From assembly GCA_963843845.1 (NCBI GenBank), contig CAWJMB010000003.1, positions 243,297 through 307,296 on the forward strand: 64,000 nt of DNA. Direction: 5' to 3'. Origin of the DNA: an uncultured Gemmatimonadaceae bacterium. GTDB lineage: Bacteria; Gemmatimonadota; Gemmatimonadetes; Gemmatimonadales; Gemmatimonadaceae. The notes beneath the pieces were generated by a model, which worked only from the letters and a program-made list of their open reading frames with translations, made no database searches and had not been told where the DNA came from. The translations under genes and the position numbers were made by a program. Shown piece after piece: positions 63,397-64,000 of the stretch; position 1 is the stretch's first letter, and the number at the start of each line of letters is the position of its first letter.

Positions 63397-64000
63397 TCAG
63401 GGGATGCGCGGGAACGCGTTGACACCGGACGCCACGAGTTGGCTCAGCGCCGCCACACGCCCGGACGCGTCGCGCGTGAAGAGTAGGCGCACGATGCCGT
63501 TCGCCGGCGACAGGGCGGTGAACTCGAAGACGCCGGGAGCGATCGGCTCCATCCGGAGCTCCTTGCCCGAGGGCTCGATCAGGGTGAGCGCGGAGTCGCG
63601 GACGACGACACGGAGCGCGAGCCCACGGGGTGTGCGGTACGCTCCGGCGAAGTCCGCGAGTTCTCGGGCCGACGCGGCGTAGGCGCGAGGGGCGAACGCG
63701 GCCTCCCGCGTGCTCTGCGCGGCGACGACGCGCCACCCCGACGCGACGCGCTCGAGCAGCGTCAGATACCGGTACGTGCCCGACGTCGGCCCCGCCGCCT
63801 CCGTGGCGCGGCTCGTCACGACGGCCACCCTCGGGGCAGGGCTTCGCACGACCTCGTCGGCCCAGCGCACCGTCAGTTCGCCGCCAGTCGTGTGGCTCGC
63901 CGCCTCCGCCAGCGCGCCGTCGCGGTCGAACGTGCGTCCGCTGCTCAGCGTGAGGCTGAGGGTCGACGCCGAATGCGCCCGCAGGTACGCCGTGTCCGCC
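63397..64000 (-). CDS. NTF2/DUF4440-like domain plus small C-terminal beta domain; gene cassette, 5' end beyond the window
   Basis: YRYLTLLERVASGWRVVAAQST, then LADFAGAYR...LLFTRDASGRV. Confidence 0.65.
   Translation of the reverse strand, partial: ADTAYLRAHSASTLSLTLSSGRTFDRDGALAEAASHTTGGELTVRWADEVVRSPAPRVAVVTSRATEAAGPTSGTYRYLTLLERVASGWRVVAAQSTREAAFAPRAYAASARELADFAGAYRTPRGLALRVVVRDSALTLIEPSGKELRMEPIAPGVFEFTALSPANGIVRLLFTRDASGRVAALSQLVASGVNAFPRIP

Overview
A 64-kb window of very GC-rich bacterial chromosome. Gene content (ECF sigma/Ser-Thr kinase pair, MoxR-DUF58-BatA-DUF4159-DUF4175 operon, tricorn protease) suggests a Gemmatimonadota-like soil bacterium, which is an inference. Many otherwise intact genes are split by 1-bp frame changes, most likely long-read indel errors, so they are reported as single CDSs. 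Content left to right: Tat-signal NAD-dependent epimerase, TLC-type MFS transporter, FKBP PPIase, DUF808 remnant, tricorn protease, a four-gene vWA / kinase-FHA / PPP-phosphatase / zinc-ribbon operon, cardiolipin synthase, treZ, DinB, a beta-propeller protein, DUF421, an Fe-S flavoprotein, L,D-transpeptidase, mscS, a marR-clc-nhaP cassette bracketed by 32-bp direct repeats, a histidine kinase, arsR-arsM, an SH3b-muramidase, a ~15-kb MoxR/vWA operon, egtBD, a cold-shock protein with a Gly/Arg tail, oxyR-catalase, GNAT, a metallophosphoesterase, an ECF-kinase pair, and an integron-type cassette array with three attC-like sites and two toxin-antitoxin cassettes at the right edge. Four observations stand out. 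(1) The vWA-kinase-PPP phosphatase-zinc-ribbon operon resembles TerY-P triads but uses a different phosphatase class. (2) A four-helix-bundle (IVP/Avd-like) gene sits antisense inside the MoxR operon between perfect 46-bp inverted repeats. (3) The non-palindromic word (C)GTTAGGC occurs at least 17 times and forces rare codons in unrelated genes. (4) The attC array ends in a broken site fused to a toxin fragment. No rRNA, tRNA or CRISPR array was recognised.
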